Notes: generated by a model from the letters alone, not told the origin. Shown: positions 12,520 through 26,570, counted from the stretch's first letter. The stretch is DNA of 64,000 nucleotides from Hypanus sabinus (GCF_030144855.1 NC_082731.1:24924001-24988000), one strand, 5' to 3'. Numbers and translations are program-made.

Positions 12520-14214
12520 AAAACTGCAGAGAAGAGACCAAGAATCCAGCGCTAAACTCACAGGTTTGAAAATACGCAAAGATATATCCTAACATTCTGT
12601 CCTCTGCTGAAGTCTATCCAATAGTTTATGGCTATATACCTAGAAAATATTTCTAGTACTTGAATTAATTGTTTTAGCTAAAACGAAAAGGAGCGTATGA
12701 CTTTACATCATCAATGTTGTGTCATATTTCTGTTTAATTCGTTTAATTGTCTCTGATTCGATACCCTGTGTTCGTTCAATTCATTAAATTCGTGAGTGTG
12801 TTCAAAGCTATACAGAAACATCACCAGTTTTGCGATTCGCCCGAGAAATGAAGGTTGGGATATTTTGATTAAGTTTGTTTTTCATTTTTGGTTGTTAGTC
12901 GTACAGGTTTGTGAAATGTTTCAGTTTTTCATCAATATTATCGAAATATACTTTTTTTGGCAGTATTAACAGCTTCAACAACCTCATTTCCACGTGTCTT
13001 CTCCCAAGAGAAACTCCTGTAGCATTCGTAGTTTCTTTGCATGTGTTCTGTATCATGTTTGGTGTTCGGGGTACCTGCACTCCAGTCAGTAGAGCAACAC
13101 TAGCGTTTCGCTTATTGGCAATCTCAGCACTATCCCCAGTTCTCTAACAAGAAGGACATCCGCTAACTTTGACAAAATATCCTTGCTGCATAAACTCTGT
13201 GCGAAAGTGTTCCATATTTGGCCACTGTTCAGTAATGCCCTATGGTGTAAGAATGGAAAACGTAGCTTCTTTACAGATTTCTCTACCAGGTATTTGAACA
13301 TTCTGTCTTTTTTTTAAATTTGCTTCCTCCTTGCAAGTTATTCCTTGTATGTCAGAATCCCTTCCTCACTGTCCCTCCGCAATGTTTGAAGCCCTGATAT
13401 TATACACAACATTAATTTCAACCTCTATCGCTACTAATAGAATTTGCTGCGATTCGTCGTTTTGCAGGCTGGTGAGAGAGCACAAACTATTCTTCATAGA
13501 AGGGTAGTTGACAGGATATTCGGAGGGAGTTGTAAACCCTTTGTGAGCAATAGAATTGGCTGGAATTAAGGTGATGGGATAGAAAAAAATATTTCAGCAT
13601 TTGCAATCGAACGTTGCAATGGAGATGACATCTACAAATTGTGTCATCTCAGAGGTACGACTGGAAAGATTAGACAACCAGTAATGTGCAGTAACATATA
13701 TGTACATCTTCAGAAGGCCACTACACGAAACATATCGAGAATAGTCCGAAATTTCCAACGCAATTGAGCGTGGTAGGCTACGCCTGTATGTAAGCTTTTG
13801 CAATGTTTAGCTATAGGGGAAAAGAAAACAACTTACTACTAATTTAATCCATTGTCGCAACATCTCTACAGATATAAACATGAAGATTGGACTGGATTAG
13901 AGTAGGAAATAAAATTATTGCAAATTTAAGACTATCTAAGTATCCAGAAAGGTAAAAACAAGTGGCAAAAGTCATTCATCAATATCTTATTTTAAAATAA
14001 AAAGTAATGAAAGAAATTGTACGTTACAAAAATACGAGGCTGATGCAGATTTGGAGTCAAAATACCCCAAATTATATTACGCGCTTTTACAGATAGAACA
14101 ATATAGAATCACCCATAGGATACAATATATGCCCGAATATATATAATAGATATTACAGAAAGAAGGGCCAGTTTTGTCGAAATGTGAAAGGATCTACTCA
14201 GAGTGGATTAGGAT

Positions 14215-16200
14215 ATGTGGTTTTCTGGCAAGGATGTGTTCAATAAGTGGAGGGAATTCAAAGGTGAAATTGTGAGACTGCAGAGTTTGCAGATTCCTGC
14301 CAGGAGTAAAGGCAACGTTAACAGTCAGAGAGAACCTTGGTTTTAAAGGGATCTTGGCTATCCCGTTATGCAGAACAGAGAGGTGTATACCAGGTATAGG
14401 CAGCAAAGAACCAATGAGCTCCTTGAGTGAAGACTGCAAATGTAAGAAAAAAACTGAAAACAAGGAAATCAGGAGAGCAAAAAGAAGACATCTGGTTGTT
14501 TTGGCAGATAATGTGAATATAAAACCGATGGGTTTATACAAGTACATTAAGAGTAAAAGGATAGTAAGTGACAAAATCGGCCCGCTAGGTCAGAGTGGAC
14601 GTCTATGTGTGGATCCACACCAGATGGGGGACATCAGAAACAGAGTTTTTGCATCAGCATTTGCTAAGGAAACTGGCATAGCGTGTATGGAAGGAAGGGG
14701 TACAAGCCGCAGTGTCATTGAACCACGGGAGCGGAGCCGGTGGATTGGAGAGAAGCTGTTGTTGATCTGTTGCATAAAAAAGGGCTCCAAATGTAACCCA
14801 GGTAATTATAGGCATGTAAGCCTGACATCAGTAGTAGGTAAACTATTGGAAGTTGTTCTGAGTGATCCGATATACGAGTATTTGGAGAGCAAAGGACTGA
14901 TTAAGGATACACAGCATGGCTTTGTGCGTGGCAGATCGTGTTCAACAAATCTTGTAGTGTTTTCTTTTTTTTTGAAGTGGTTACCAAAAGTGTAGATGAC
15001 GGAAAGGTTGTGGAATTTTCCTTCATGGACTTTAGTAAGGCATCAGACAAAGACCCACATGGTAGATTATTTCAGAAGCTTCAGACTGTAGGTGTCCACG
15101 CAGATGTTGTAAACTGGATTGGAAATTGGCTGTGTGGAAGAAGACAGAGAGTAGTACTGGATGATTGCTTCTTAGACTGATGGCCTGTGAGTAGTGGTGT
15201 GCCTCCGGGATCTGTGCTGGAACCATTGCTGTTATTCTCTATATCAATGATCCTGATGTTAATGTGGTAAATTGGATCAGCAAGTTTTCTGATGACATTA
15301 ACACTGGAGGCGTTGTTGACAGCAATGAAGGCTTTCAAAGCTTGCAGAGGGATCTGGACCAAGGGGATAAATGGGGCAAAAATGGCAAATGGAATGTAAT
15401 ACAAACAAGTGTGAAATTTTGCATTTTGGAAGGGCAATTCAAGGTTGGACATGATAGTAAATGGCAGGGCACTGAAGAGTGCGGAGGAACAAAGGGATCT
15501 GAGAGTTTAGATACCAAATTTTCTGAAAGTGTCTTCACAGTTAGGCAGGGTTGTAAATAAGGGTTTTGGCATCTTTGCATTCACAAATCAAAGTATTGAG
15601 TGTAGGTGTTGTGATGTTATGGTGAGGTTGTATCAGACATTTGTGAGGCCAAATTTGGAGTATTGAGTGCTGTTCTGGTCACCTAACAATAGGAAGGATA
15701 GAAGTAAGATTGAAAGAGTGTAGAGAGTATTTACTAGGATATTGCCGAGTCTTCAGGAGTTGAGTTACAGTGAAAGGTTGAACAGGAGGGAACTTTCTTC
15801 CTTACAGCGCAAAAGAACATGGGGGATTTGATAGTGGTTTACAAAATTATGAGGGCCATACAAAGAGTAATGGAAGTAGGCACTTGCCGCTTAGGTAAGG
15901 AGAGACAAATACGAGAAGACATGGCTTTAGTGTGAGAGGGGAAAGGTTTAAGGGGAATATTAGGGGGAAGTTCTTCACTCAGAGAGTGGTGGTAGCGTGG
16001 AACGAACTGCCATCTGATGTAGTGAATGGAGGATCGCTCTTAAGTTTTCAGAATAAATCGGATAGATACATGAATGGGAGATGTCTGGAGGGTTACGGAC
16101 CGGGTGCAGGACAATGGGACTGGAGTAAATAAGTTTCGGCACAGACTACAAGGGCCAAATGTGCTGTTTTCTCTGCTGTCTGTTCTGTAATGTTCTATGT
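14215..16200 (+). mobile_element. Decayed CR1 LINE (RT and 3' end)
   Basis: ORF 14354..14995 (NPGNYRHVSLTSVVGKLLE, QHGFVRGRSCSTNL); DFSKASDK and KFSDD remnants; (TTCTATG)-type tail near 16190. Confidence 0.85.
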
Positions 16201-16849
16201 TTCCATGGTTACATAAAAATACAGGATAGAAACGCAAGGAACTTAACAGGCATAACAATTTCATAAACACGTAACTTATAGAAATCAGTAATTATAAAAT
16301 AATAAATAAATAATATCAATAATATACTGTATTAAAATAGGAAATTCAATCTATTAGGGAAAATGCATACCTTGACCGATTGTAATCTCTACAGCTGGTG
16401 TCCTCCCAAATTCAATTCAAAATAGTATTGAGCATCAAGGCATGCAGAGCAATATCCTTGTTATTCTTCAGAAATCCACAATACTAAGCACCAAAAGAAC
16501 AGTTCGACATCTCCCAGCAACTAAAAATGAGCTGTTATGGCTCGCCCCATACCTTAAGTTTTACCAGCTTTAGTGAGAAAACAATATTCATATATTAACA
16601 ATAACAATTGCATGGAGTACATTATGCACTCCTTGAATTTGGTCTGCAGATTTAGTATCATTTCAGAGCTGTGTTAAATATTGTGGGCTTCCGAGATAAT
16701 GAAAACAATGTTGCTGACTTTACGGTGAGGACATTTCGGCGTAATTAACCAGACTGTAATTTGAGCTTATCGGACACATTAATTGGCAAATAAATATCAG
16801 GGAAGCAGAACAATTTATCGTATCTGTTTTTCACACCAACAATTTTTGC

Positions 16850-17330
16850 ATTGGATTCTCCGACATTCTCCAAACCATCGTGTATGTATGGGAACCCGGA
16901 TGAACCCTTTTTGCCGATACTTCGTTTCCAACGTGGAACAGCTCATGATCCAAACTTACAATGATAACGTCCCAATCTACCACAACTCTTTCTGTGCTAC
17001 ATGGACGACTTCACTGGTATTGCTTCATGTACAGAACAGCACATATTTTCTCCGTCTTCAAATGAAGATTTCCTCTGTCCCATCCAGCGACTTTGCCTCA
17101 CTTACATGTATTTCATAGACATTCACCCACACAGAACTAGGAGATCCCGATCGCTCTGGGGGATTGGGCGTAGATGCTCGGCGAAGCGGTCTTGTAATCA
17201 CCGTCGGGACTCACCAACATAGGGGAGAGCACACCGGGATTATATGACGGCAACCGACTCACAGCTATAGTGACTCCAGTTGGCCACGCATTTTAATACA
17301 ACATCTCATTTCCATTCCAGTTTGTCCATC
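16850..17330 (+). mobile_element. Decayed Penelope-like element fragment
   Basis: ATGGGAACCCGGATG...GTGGAACAG...TGCTACATGGACGAC (MGTRM, VEQ, YMDD RT motifs); similar to 43130-44200. Confidence 0.6.
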
Positions 17331-18340
17331 TATGAATTATTCACTGTCTTCATAGGGCCACATTTAGTTCGGAGGAACAATAGCTGACAGGATGTTTCGT
17401 CAGATTCCAATCTTATGGCATATACATTGATTTCTCAAACTTCCAGTAATGGCTCCACCGCCACTTCAGAATTCCCATGACGTTTTCCCTCCATGATTTT
17501 TTTCCATTGATACTTCCTGGACTTCTGAGTTTCTCCAGCGCTGTGTTTGCAGAGTTATATAGTCTCTGTGCCTTGTATTCACTAATGCGGACTTACTCAT
17601 GGACTTTTTGTTTCTTCGTTTGAACGTGAGCTCGTTGTTGTGGCACTATTCAACCAAATTTTCTACCGCTCCTTTAGATGCCGATTCGTAACCCTGTTTA
17701 ATTTGACAAACATCAGCAATTTTGTCAGTAGCCTTAAATAAGGCATTCTCGGAACACTTTGTCACGCAGCCATAAACGTGTATGTAGTTGGTAAAACAAA
17801 AATCCAAACAGTATTGTACTGCACTGCTGTTGTGGCAAAGGTTCTGATCCAATTCCGTACCGGCTGGCGACTGCAACTGAGGAAATCGACAATTTATTTG
17901 CAGACAGATGTTTGGAGGTCCAGGATTTGGAGCTTAGTCATGAGTTTCGAGGATATGCTAAATTAGAAGTGACTGTGGTATTAAATCATGAAGAATACCA
18001 TAAATGAGTCGCGAATGTCCTCCTCCGGAAAGATGTTTTTGAGAGCGGCAGTGCAGATGGAAAAGTAAAGCCTCTGTATCGTAAATTTTTAACAACTTGA
18101 AAAAAAAAACATTACAAATGTAAAGTAACATTCCCCGCTTTGCAGCACGGACTTAACAATGCACGTTCCAGTAATGTGGCATCGAGAAGCAGGGCGGAGC
18201 GATAAATCGCAGGAGTGCCGATCGTCATTTCCGTATCCAGACCACTTTTACAAAATATCGCCGAAAGGCGATCGTTAAAACTCTTGTCTTTTTCCAAAAG
18301 ATTCAGATACTGTAAAATGTACTAGCGGCTCTGTCTCCAT

Positions 18341-18382
18341 CACAGTGCAACTGCGTTTTTTGCACTGTTGTCTTTCACTGTG
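18341..18382. other. Orphan head-to-head RSS-like pair
   Basis: CACAGTG 18341-18347; GTTTTTTGC 18355-18363, 12 nt, CACTGTG 18376-18382 (7/9 nonamer, perfect heptamer). Confidence 0.4.
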
Positions 18383-19024
18383 CTAGTTATTGTGATGTCA
18401 TAATTAAAAAAAAAATGTTTCAGAATGTTTCACTATCATTAAGTCTGATGAATGTTGTAAAACAGGGAAATTTATACCATCAATAGATTTTCCCAAGGGC
18501 CTGAATCTTGAAAACACGCATATTGAACCAGCAGCTATCGGGCTTACATAATACACGAAGAGACACTGCTTTAGAATAACAATTCCACAGCACAAGTGAC
18601 ATACAGAAGGGGAGTGAATGAGTCTGTTCCACGTTACGTTCTCAATGCCGATAATACAGCAGTTCCACACAATGACACACACGCCAGTAATTCCACCGAC
18701 CTGAAAACCCCCAGTCCACATGGGCGCGCAAGAATTGAGAGTTTATTTTTAGGCTGTTGTTCAGCAAATTCAATTGAGAGACCGGCTACTGATTTTCCAA
18801 AGACAATGGCAGAACAGCGGCTGACATCGAAAACAACAAACTCGAAAGTTGTCTGGGACGGTCACATTATTATGCTGATTCGAAATTCCAGTGTCATCAC
18901 AGGTCATTTTGACGTAGGGTCCGGATATTACGAAGGCTTGCCAGAATAAAAGTGTGTGGCAACTTTATAGTGCGGCTGCTTTATTGACTCTATTGTACAT
19001 ACTTCAAAGAAAGAAAATGCGTGG

Positions 19025-21385
19025 AATAGACAATAGACAATAGGTGCAGAAGTAGACCATTCGGCCCCTCGAGTCTGCACCGCCATTCAGAGATCATGGC
19101 TGATCATTCACTATCAATACCCAGTCCCTGCCTTGTCCCAATATCCCTTGATTCCCCTATCCATCAGATATCTATCTAGCTCCTTCTTGAAAGCATCCAG
19201 AGAATTGGCCTCCAGCGTCTTCCGAGGCAGTGCATTCCACACCTCCACAACTCTCTGGGAGAAGAAGCTCTTTCTCAACTCTGTTTTAAATAACTGACCT
19301 CTTATTCTCAAACCATGCCGTCTGGTACTGGACTCTCCCAACATCTGAAACATATTTCCTGCCTCAATCCTATCAAATCCTTTAATTATCTTAAACGTTT
19401 CAATCAGATCCCCTCTCAATCTCCTCAATTCCAGAGTGCACAAGCCCAATCTCTCCAATCTCTCTGCGTAAGACAGCCCTGCCATCCCAGGAATCAACCT
19501 AGTGAATCTACGCTGCACTTCCTCAATTGCCAGAATGTCCTTCCTTAAACCTGGAGACCAAAACTGTACACAATATTCCAGTTGTGGTCTCACCAGGGCC
19601 CTGTACAAATGCAAAAGGACATCCTTACTCTTGTACTCAATTCCCCTTGTAACAAAGGCCAACATTCCATTTGCCCTCTTCACTGCCTGTTGCACTTGCT
19701 CATTCACCTTCATTGACTGGTGAACTAGGACTCCTATGTCTCTTTGCATTTCTCCCTTACCTAACTCTACACCGTTCAGACAATACTCTGCCCTCTTGTT
19801 CCTGCTTCCAAAGTGGAGAACTTCACATTTATTCACATTGAATGGCATCTGCCAAGGATCTGCCCACTCACCCAGCCTATTCAATTCTCTCTATATTCTC
19901 ATAACGTCCTCTTCGCATGTCACAGTCACACTGCCACCCAGTTTAGTATCGTCAGCAAACATGCTGATATAGTTTTCAATGCCCTCATCTAAATCTTTGA
20001 CATAAATCGTAAAGAGCTGTGGTCCCAATACAGAGCCCTGTGGTACCCCACTAGTCACCTCCAGCTAGTCCGAGAAACACCCATTCACTGCTACCCTTTG
20101 CTTTCTATCTGCCAACCAGTTTTCTATCCATGTTGAAACCTTGCCCCCAATGCCATGAGCTCTGATTTTACTCACCAATCTCCTATGTGGCACCTTATCG
20201 AATGCCTTCTGAAAATCTAGGTACACAACATCCACTTGCTTACTCTCGTCTAACATCCTTGTTACACCCTCAAAAAACCAACAGATTAGTCAAGCATGAT
20301 TTGCCCTTGGTAAATCCATGCTGGCTCGGCCTAATCCTATTTCTGCCATCAAGATGTGCCACTATTTCGTCCTTAATAATGGACTCAAGCAACTTCCCCA
20401 CGACTGACGTTAGGCAAACAGGGCGATAGTTCTCCGTTTTCTCCTTCCCTCCCTTCTTGAAAAGTGGGATAACATTAGCCACTCTCTAATCTTCAGGAAC
20501 TGATCCTGAATCTAAGGAACATTGGAAAATGATTACCAATGCATCCGCAATTTCCTGAGCCACCTCTTTTAGAACCCTCGGATGCAGACCATCTGGACCC
20601 GGGGATTTATTAGCCTTCAGTCCTACCAGTCTACTCATCACAGTTTCTTTCCTAATGTCAATCTGTCTCAATTCCTCTGATATCTTTTGACCCTGGCCCA
20701 TCCATACATCTGGGAGATTGCTTGTGTCCTCCCTGGTGAAGACGGATCTAAAGTACGCATTAAATTCTGTTGCCATTTCCCTGTTCCCCATAACAATTTC
20801 TCCCAATTCATTCTTCAAGGGGCCAATATTGTTCTTAACTACCTTCTTTCTCTTCACATAGCTAAAAAAGCCTTTGCTATCCCCTTTTATATTCCTGGCT
20901 AGACTGAGCTCATACCTGATTTTTTCTCTCCGTATTGTTTTTTTTTTTTTAGTTAAGAACTGCTGTTCCTTAAAACTTTCCCAATCATCTGTATTCCCAC
21001 TCATCTTAGCCCTGTCATACTTCTTTTTCTTTAATGCTATACAATCTCTGATTTCCTTTGTCAACCACTGTGGCCCCTTCTCCCTCTTCGAATCCTTCCT
21101 TCTCATTGGAATGAACTGCTTTTGCATCTTTTGTATTATACCCAAGAATATCTGCCACTGCTGATCCACGGTCTTCCCTGCCAGGGCATCCGCCCATTTA
21201 ACTTTGGCCAGCTCTTTCCTCATGGCTCCGTAGTCTCCTTTATTTAATTGCAACACTGACACCTCTGATCTGCCCTTATCCCTCTCAAATTGTAGATACA
21301 AAATTATCATGTTATGATCACTACTTCCTAATGGCTCCTTTACTTCAAGATCACTTATCAATTCCTGTTCATTACACATCACCAA
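19025..21385 (-). mobile_element. Young 5'-truncated CR1 LINE (end of APE, RT, 3' tail)
   Basis: ORF pieces 20486.. (SDHNMI, NKSPGPDGLHPRVLKE), 20270..20482 (ENYRPVCLTSVVGK), 20065..20256 (DFQKAFDKVPH) and 19114..19884; CAATAGA tail at 19025. Confidence 0.95.
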
Positions 21386-21479
21386 GTTTTGTGTAATAAA
21401 CCGGAAATGAGTAGAGGTTAAGGTAAAAGTACCCTTAAGAACCAGAGAGTCCAATATGAATGAGGTTAACTTGAAATTT

Positions 21480-23380
21480 TTTGGGGAATGTAAAGTCGAT
21501 CTCAGCAGTATCTCACTGGAGTATGGCAAATTACAGTGGTATGAGCGATGAGTTGGCCAAAGTAAATTGGAAGGAGCTACTGAGAGAATTGGTATACGTT
21601 TCTGGGGGGGGGGGGGGGAGAAAGGAAGGTGCAGGACATTTGTATTCACAAAAAAAAGAAATAATCAGATGTCAAAATATTACAACCGTGGCTGACAAAT
21701 GTAGTCAATGCTAATGGAAACATACAAGAGTAGACGTACAACAAAGAAAAAAAATTGTGAGAAGATAAACTATTGGGAAAATTATAAAAGTCTGCAGAAA
21801 ACAACTAAACAGAATAATCAGAAGGGAAAAGATAAAATATAATAGCAACATAGAAAATATTGTCAAATTCAATAGTAAACGCCAGTGCAAGTATGTTGAA
21901 AAAGAAAAGAGAGCTGAAAGTGGATATAGGATTGCATGAAAATCAGGCAGGTTAAATAAAAAGAAAAACTATTGGCAAGGAGATGGCAGATGAAATAAAT
22001 GAGCATTTTCATCAGTCTTCACTGTGAAAGACACGAGCATTGGAGCAGTTGTTATAATGTGTGTCGGAAGATAAGTGCCTGCGGATACTAGAACAAGGGA
22101 GAATGAGGTCAAAAAGCTGAAGACCCTAAGTCGACCTGACCAGTTCGACTACACCCTGAGTTTCTGAATAGGTTAGCCTTATAGCTTGAGCCGGCATATG
22201 CAATGATCTGTTAATCATCATGATAATCTGTGATCGTGCCAGAGGACTGTATAATTGAAAATATCGCTCCACTCTTTAAGAGAAGGGGAAAGGGATTAGT
22301 CGGGCTTTCACCGGGTGCAGCACATGACGCTGCTTACTCAGGTAAGTGCCTGTGGTATTACAGGAAAGTTGCTAACGTTTTAGAGCATTGGCTGTTTGGA
22401 AGGTGGCAGAGACTGAGAATAATAGTATCCATCTCTGGTTGTCTGTCAAGCTGCAGATGATACGAAGCTTGGCAGAAGGAAAACTAGCTGTGCGGACAAA
22501 AAAGTAGGATGCAGAAGGACATAGAAAGATTGGGAGGAATGGCAAGCAAATGGAAAATTAAATATATAGTCGGAAAATCCATAGCCATCCACTTTGGTAG
22601 TCGGAATAAATATGCAGACTTTCTTCAAAACGGGAGGAAAATCAAAAATCTGAAATGTAAGTGGCCGTTGTGCAGAACACCATAAAAGTTAACTTGGAGA
22701 TTCAATCACTAGTGCTGAAGGCAAATGCAATCTTAACATTCATTTCGAGAGGTCCGGAATACAAGAGCTAGGGTGTGATCCTGAGGATTTATAAGGCACT
22801 GATAAGGCCTCCCCTTTACTACAATGAACAGCTTTGGGTTCTTCATCATAGAAAAAGAAAATGTATGCTGGCTTTGAATAGAATACACCAGACGATCACA
22901 AAAATGATTTCAGGGGTGAAAGAGTTATCATACGAGTCGGTTTCTTGGCTCTGGCTCTGTAATCGCTGAAATTTTTAAGGATGAGGGTATTGCCAATTGA
23001 AACCTTTCGAATTTGAAAGGCCTAGGCAGAGTCGATGTGGAAAGGATATTTCCCATGGTTGGAGAGTCCAGGACAAGAGGACAATGCATCAGGAGAGAGG
23101 ATTTTCCATTCAAAACAGAGAGGCAGATAAATTTATTTAGACAGAGAGTGGTGAATGTGTGGAATTTGTTGTCACATGCTGTTGTGAAGAACGGACCGTT
23201 GCGTGTAGTTGAGGCATAAATTGATAAGTTCTTGATTGGATATAGTATTAAAATCTTACAGAGAGATGACCTGGAAATGTGTTTGAAGAGGAAAAAAAAA
23301 TGATCGGCCGTGTTTGAATGGCGGTGCAGACTCGATTGGCAAACAGCACCATTTCTGTTCCTATGATTTACGTCCTTGTT
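21480..23380 (+). mobile_element. Heavily decayed CR1 LINE
   Basis: Remnants VPEDCIIENIAPLFKR, LRIYKALIRPPL, KGLGRVDVERIFPMVGESRTRG. Confidence 0.75.
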
Positions 23381-23623
23381 TTCTTATTCTAATAAAATAC
23401 CATGAATTCCGTAACCTGTTTATTGTACCATTGCCTGTGACGCGGTTAAAAATAATTACACATCTGGTAACTGGCATACTTCTAGCAAAAGCGGACCTGC
23501 TTTAGAATATTAGGGTGTGCATTTTTTTTCAGCCGAAAGTACTGTTTTAACATTTCATTGTTTCTGTATTATCTGCACATATTACTGTAAGTGAGCATCC
23601 AACGACTGCTGCATATACAAAAG

Positions 23624-23765
23624 CACACATATACACACACTCACACAATCACACCCACACACACACTCACACACAAAAGCATGCACATACACACAGACAC
23701 ACTCAAACACACACTCTCTCTCTCTCTCTTACAAACGCACACGCATTCATATATATCTACGCAAA
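23624..23765. repeat. Imperfect (CA)n/(CT)n microsatellite
   Basis: Visible dinucleotide run; a paralogous run lies at ~52555-52640. Confidence 0.85.
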
Positions 23766-24379
23766 GACACACATTATATGCAAAGGACAATCGTTCTGGC
23801 ACGTTTGTAATTTCAAAATTAAAGATTGTAAAATCGTTGATAAACCTTTTCTGCGTTGCTCGCCGGTCGGCTTTTTATAGTGGTCTTCAGCCGGAATGAA
23901 ACACAGTTCAAGGAGCTTCGGAAATTTCCTTTTCGTTTCTATATTGGGAAATTGAAGACATCACGAAAACATTACAATCCATATCACAAAATATACGCCC
24001 GATGATGTAACACAGAAACGGTTTCAGTTTGATTGTGTGGTCCTTTCCCAACTTTCAAGGTATTATTTACTCATTGTGTTTCCTTGAGGAAAGACACGAG
24101 AGCGGTTTATAGCAAGCGTGAAACTGAGTGTGTGAGAGATAATGAAAATGAGAGGCAAATTACGAGCGTGGCATAACGAAGTCAGTGAAAAAGAGACAAA
24201 CTGGTTATTTTCCTTCATTTTGATACGACGCTGCATAAATTTCTTGAATATTTATTTAAATAAATTATCAGATTCATCGACGTACTCTATTTTAATCGGC
24301 ACTCTTAAAACACACTGAATAAATAAAGACCGCTAAATCACGTAGTTCATTGTTCACCAGCAATGTTTGGAATTAAGGA

Positions 24380-25760
24380 GGACCGACACCGTATTGCACA
24401 AATGTTTTTTCGCTACTTATGAACGGCGGGAGGCAGCAGGAAGTAATCTATATACATGTTACCCTGACATCGGTGGTGGAATGCGGTTGGAACCTAACTT
24501 CAGGGATGAGAATACAGAGGACCTGCAACACATAGCAAGATCTGCAAAGCAGCATGGATTTCCGAAAGGAATACCCCGCCTGACTAATGTACTGCAATAT
24601 TTATTGAAATGGCAGCAGGGTAGACAAAGGAGATGTGGTGTACTTGGATTTTTATAAGCCCTTTGACAAGGTGCCGCACTTGAGGCTGCTTAGCAAGACA
24701 GGAACCCATGGAATTACAGGGCAGTTGCTGGCTTTGTTGGAACATTAGCTGGTGGAAGAAAACTGACTGTGGGTAAAAAAAAGTTCCTATTTTGACTTGC
24801 TGCCGGTTACCAGTAGATTTCCACAGGGGTCGGTGTTGGCACTACTGCTTGCTACAACGTATGACATTGATTTGTACCATAGAAATAATGATTTGTGGCT
24901 ACATTTGCCGATGATACAAAAATAGCTGGAGGAGCGGATAGTGTTGAAGAAACAGAGAGACTGCAGAGAGACTTAGATAGTTCAGGGGAATGGGCAAAAA
25001 AGTGGCAATGAAATAAAATGTTGGAAAATGTACGTGCATGCGGTTTGGTAGAATAAATAAACGGTCAGAGTATTATTTAGATGGGGAGAGAATTCAAAAT
25101 TTGGAGATGCGTAGTGAAAGGGAGTCATCTTGCAGGATACCCACCATGTTCACGTCTAGGTTGAGTACGTGGTGAAGAAGGCAGAGCTCTGTTTGAAGAA
25201 GGCAGAGCTGTGTGGTTGAGACTCTATAAGCATTGTGTGCAGTTTTGTCTCATTATTTTAGAAAAAAATATACTGACTTAGGAGAGGGTTCAGAGAATAT
25301 TCTCGAGAATGATTCCAGTAATTTAACGATGATCGTTTGAGGAACGTCTGGCAGTTCATGGGTTGTATTCCCGGGAGTTCAGGAGAATGAGGGGATATTT
25401 CATAGATATATTCCGAATGCTAAAAGACCTAAAAGATTAGATATGGCAAAGTTGTTCCCATTATTAGGGGAGTCTAACACAAGAGCGCACAACTTCAGGA
25501 TTGAAGGACTTTAAATTAGAAAAAAAGATTTGCGGTAAAATCTGTGGGATTTGTTGGCACGAGCTGCCCTGAAGTTCGTTTCATTGGGTGCATTTAAGGG
25601 AGAGATAGATAGGTTCTTTATTAGCCAGGGCATGAAAGGGTATGGAAAGAAGACGGTAATGGTAACGACTGGAAGTGTTGGATCCGCCCATGATATAATA
25701 GCGCAGCAGACTAGATGGCCTAATCACATACTTCTGCTCCGAAATCTTATGGTCTTATGA
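24380..25760 (+). mobile_element. Decayed CR1 LINE (RT to 3' end)
   Basis: GATTTTTATAAGCCCTTTGACAAGGTGCCG, TTTGCCGATGATACAAAAATAG (FADDTK) and a CR1 3' UTR. Confidence 0.75.
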
Positions 25761-26029
25761 TCATACACGGACTGGTACAGAACTACATCGACTAAACTGC
25801 ATGTCATGGTACGCACAGTTGAATGAGTGTTCTGGCTGCTGCCTTCATTGATAATGCAAGAAATATTGTTGCCTGTATAGAACAAGCATTTCAGCGATGT
25901 TAACAGGACTGTAATCTAAGTTTTTTTTTGCACACATTATTTCGCAAAGTTAGCGCAGGAGATGCGAAGAACTTTTGGAACTCGTTCTCATAAAGAACAC
26001 ATTTTCATTCGACTACTCCCACTTACTCC

Positions 26030-26260
26030 AAGCACACGGAGTAGCTATGGAAACCGACCTGCCTCTCCACAAGCCCCTTCTCCCCACTCTGTGTATATTT
26101 TTATCACCTATGTGGAACAGTCCATTAACCAAATGTACACAAGTAAAGTTCTAAAGTTTCCAACCTCTTTCTGTGCTACATCGACGACTACACATATAGT
26201 TCTTCACGAACTCTTGCCGAAATCGTCAAATTTCATCAACTTATCTGCAAAGTCCACAGT
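26030..26260 (+). mobile_element. Penelope RT fragment
   Basis: GGAGTAGCTATGG, GTGGAACAG, TGCTACATCGACGAC (YIDD). Confidence 0.55.
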
Positions 26261-26489
26261 CATAACATCTATTGGCATTAAGACAGACGGGATGGTGTTT
26301 TTAAATCGGTTGCAAAGAACTTGTGTGGAAACAGAACCCTGCGTGTTCCTTACTAAACTTTACGATTTCTCGCACAAAAGGTACTTCGGAAACAGTGCGG
26401 CAATTGGATAACTCTAGATCAACCGATCAACCGACGTAGTTATCTCTGCCTAGTTCTATGGAATCACCTACCACAGCTGTCTGGCTCTT

Positions 26490-26502
26490 CGTCATATATA
26501 AA
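26490..26502 (+). promoter_or_regulatory. CRE half-site plus TATA upstream of the cassette 2 leader
   Basis: CGTCA 26490-26494 directly followed by TATATAAA, about 30 nt upstream of the ATG at 26528. Confidence 0.45.
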
Positions 26503-26527
26503 CCATCTGCAACCCGGAGACGAAACG

Positions 26528-26570
26528 ATGAATTTCCTCTTGAATCCCACGCTGTTTCTTTGCTTTCACC
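26528..26570 (+). pseudogene. Leader exon, NAR-TCR cassette 2
   Basis: ATG...MNFLLNPTLFLCFH+C, 43 nt, donor GTGAAG; homolog of 54158-54200. Confidence 0.8.

Noticed and set aside
11576-12579. Several long overlapping ORFs (up to 200 aa)
   Set aside because: GC-rich LTR-like repeat with open frames on both strands and no domain motifs.
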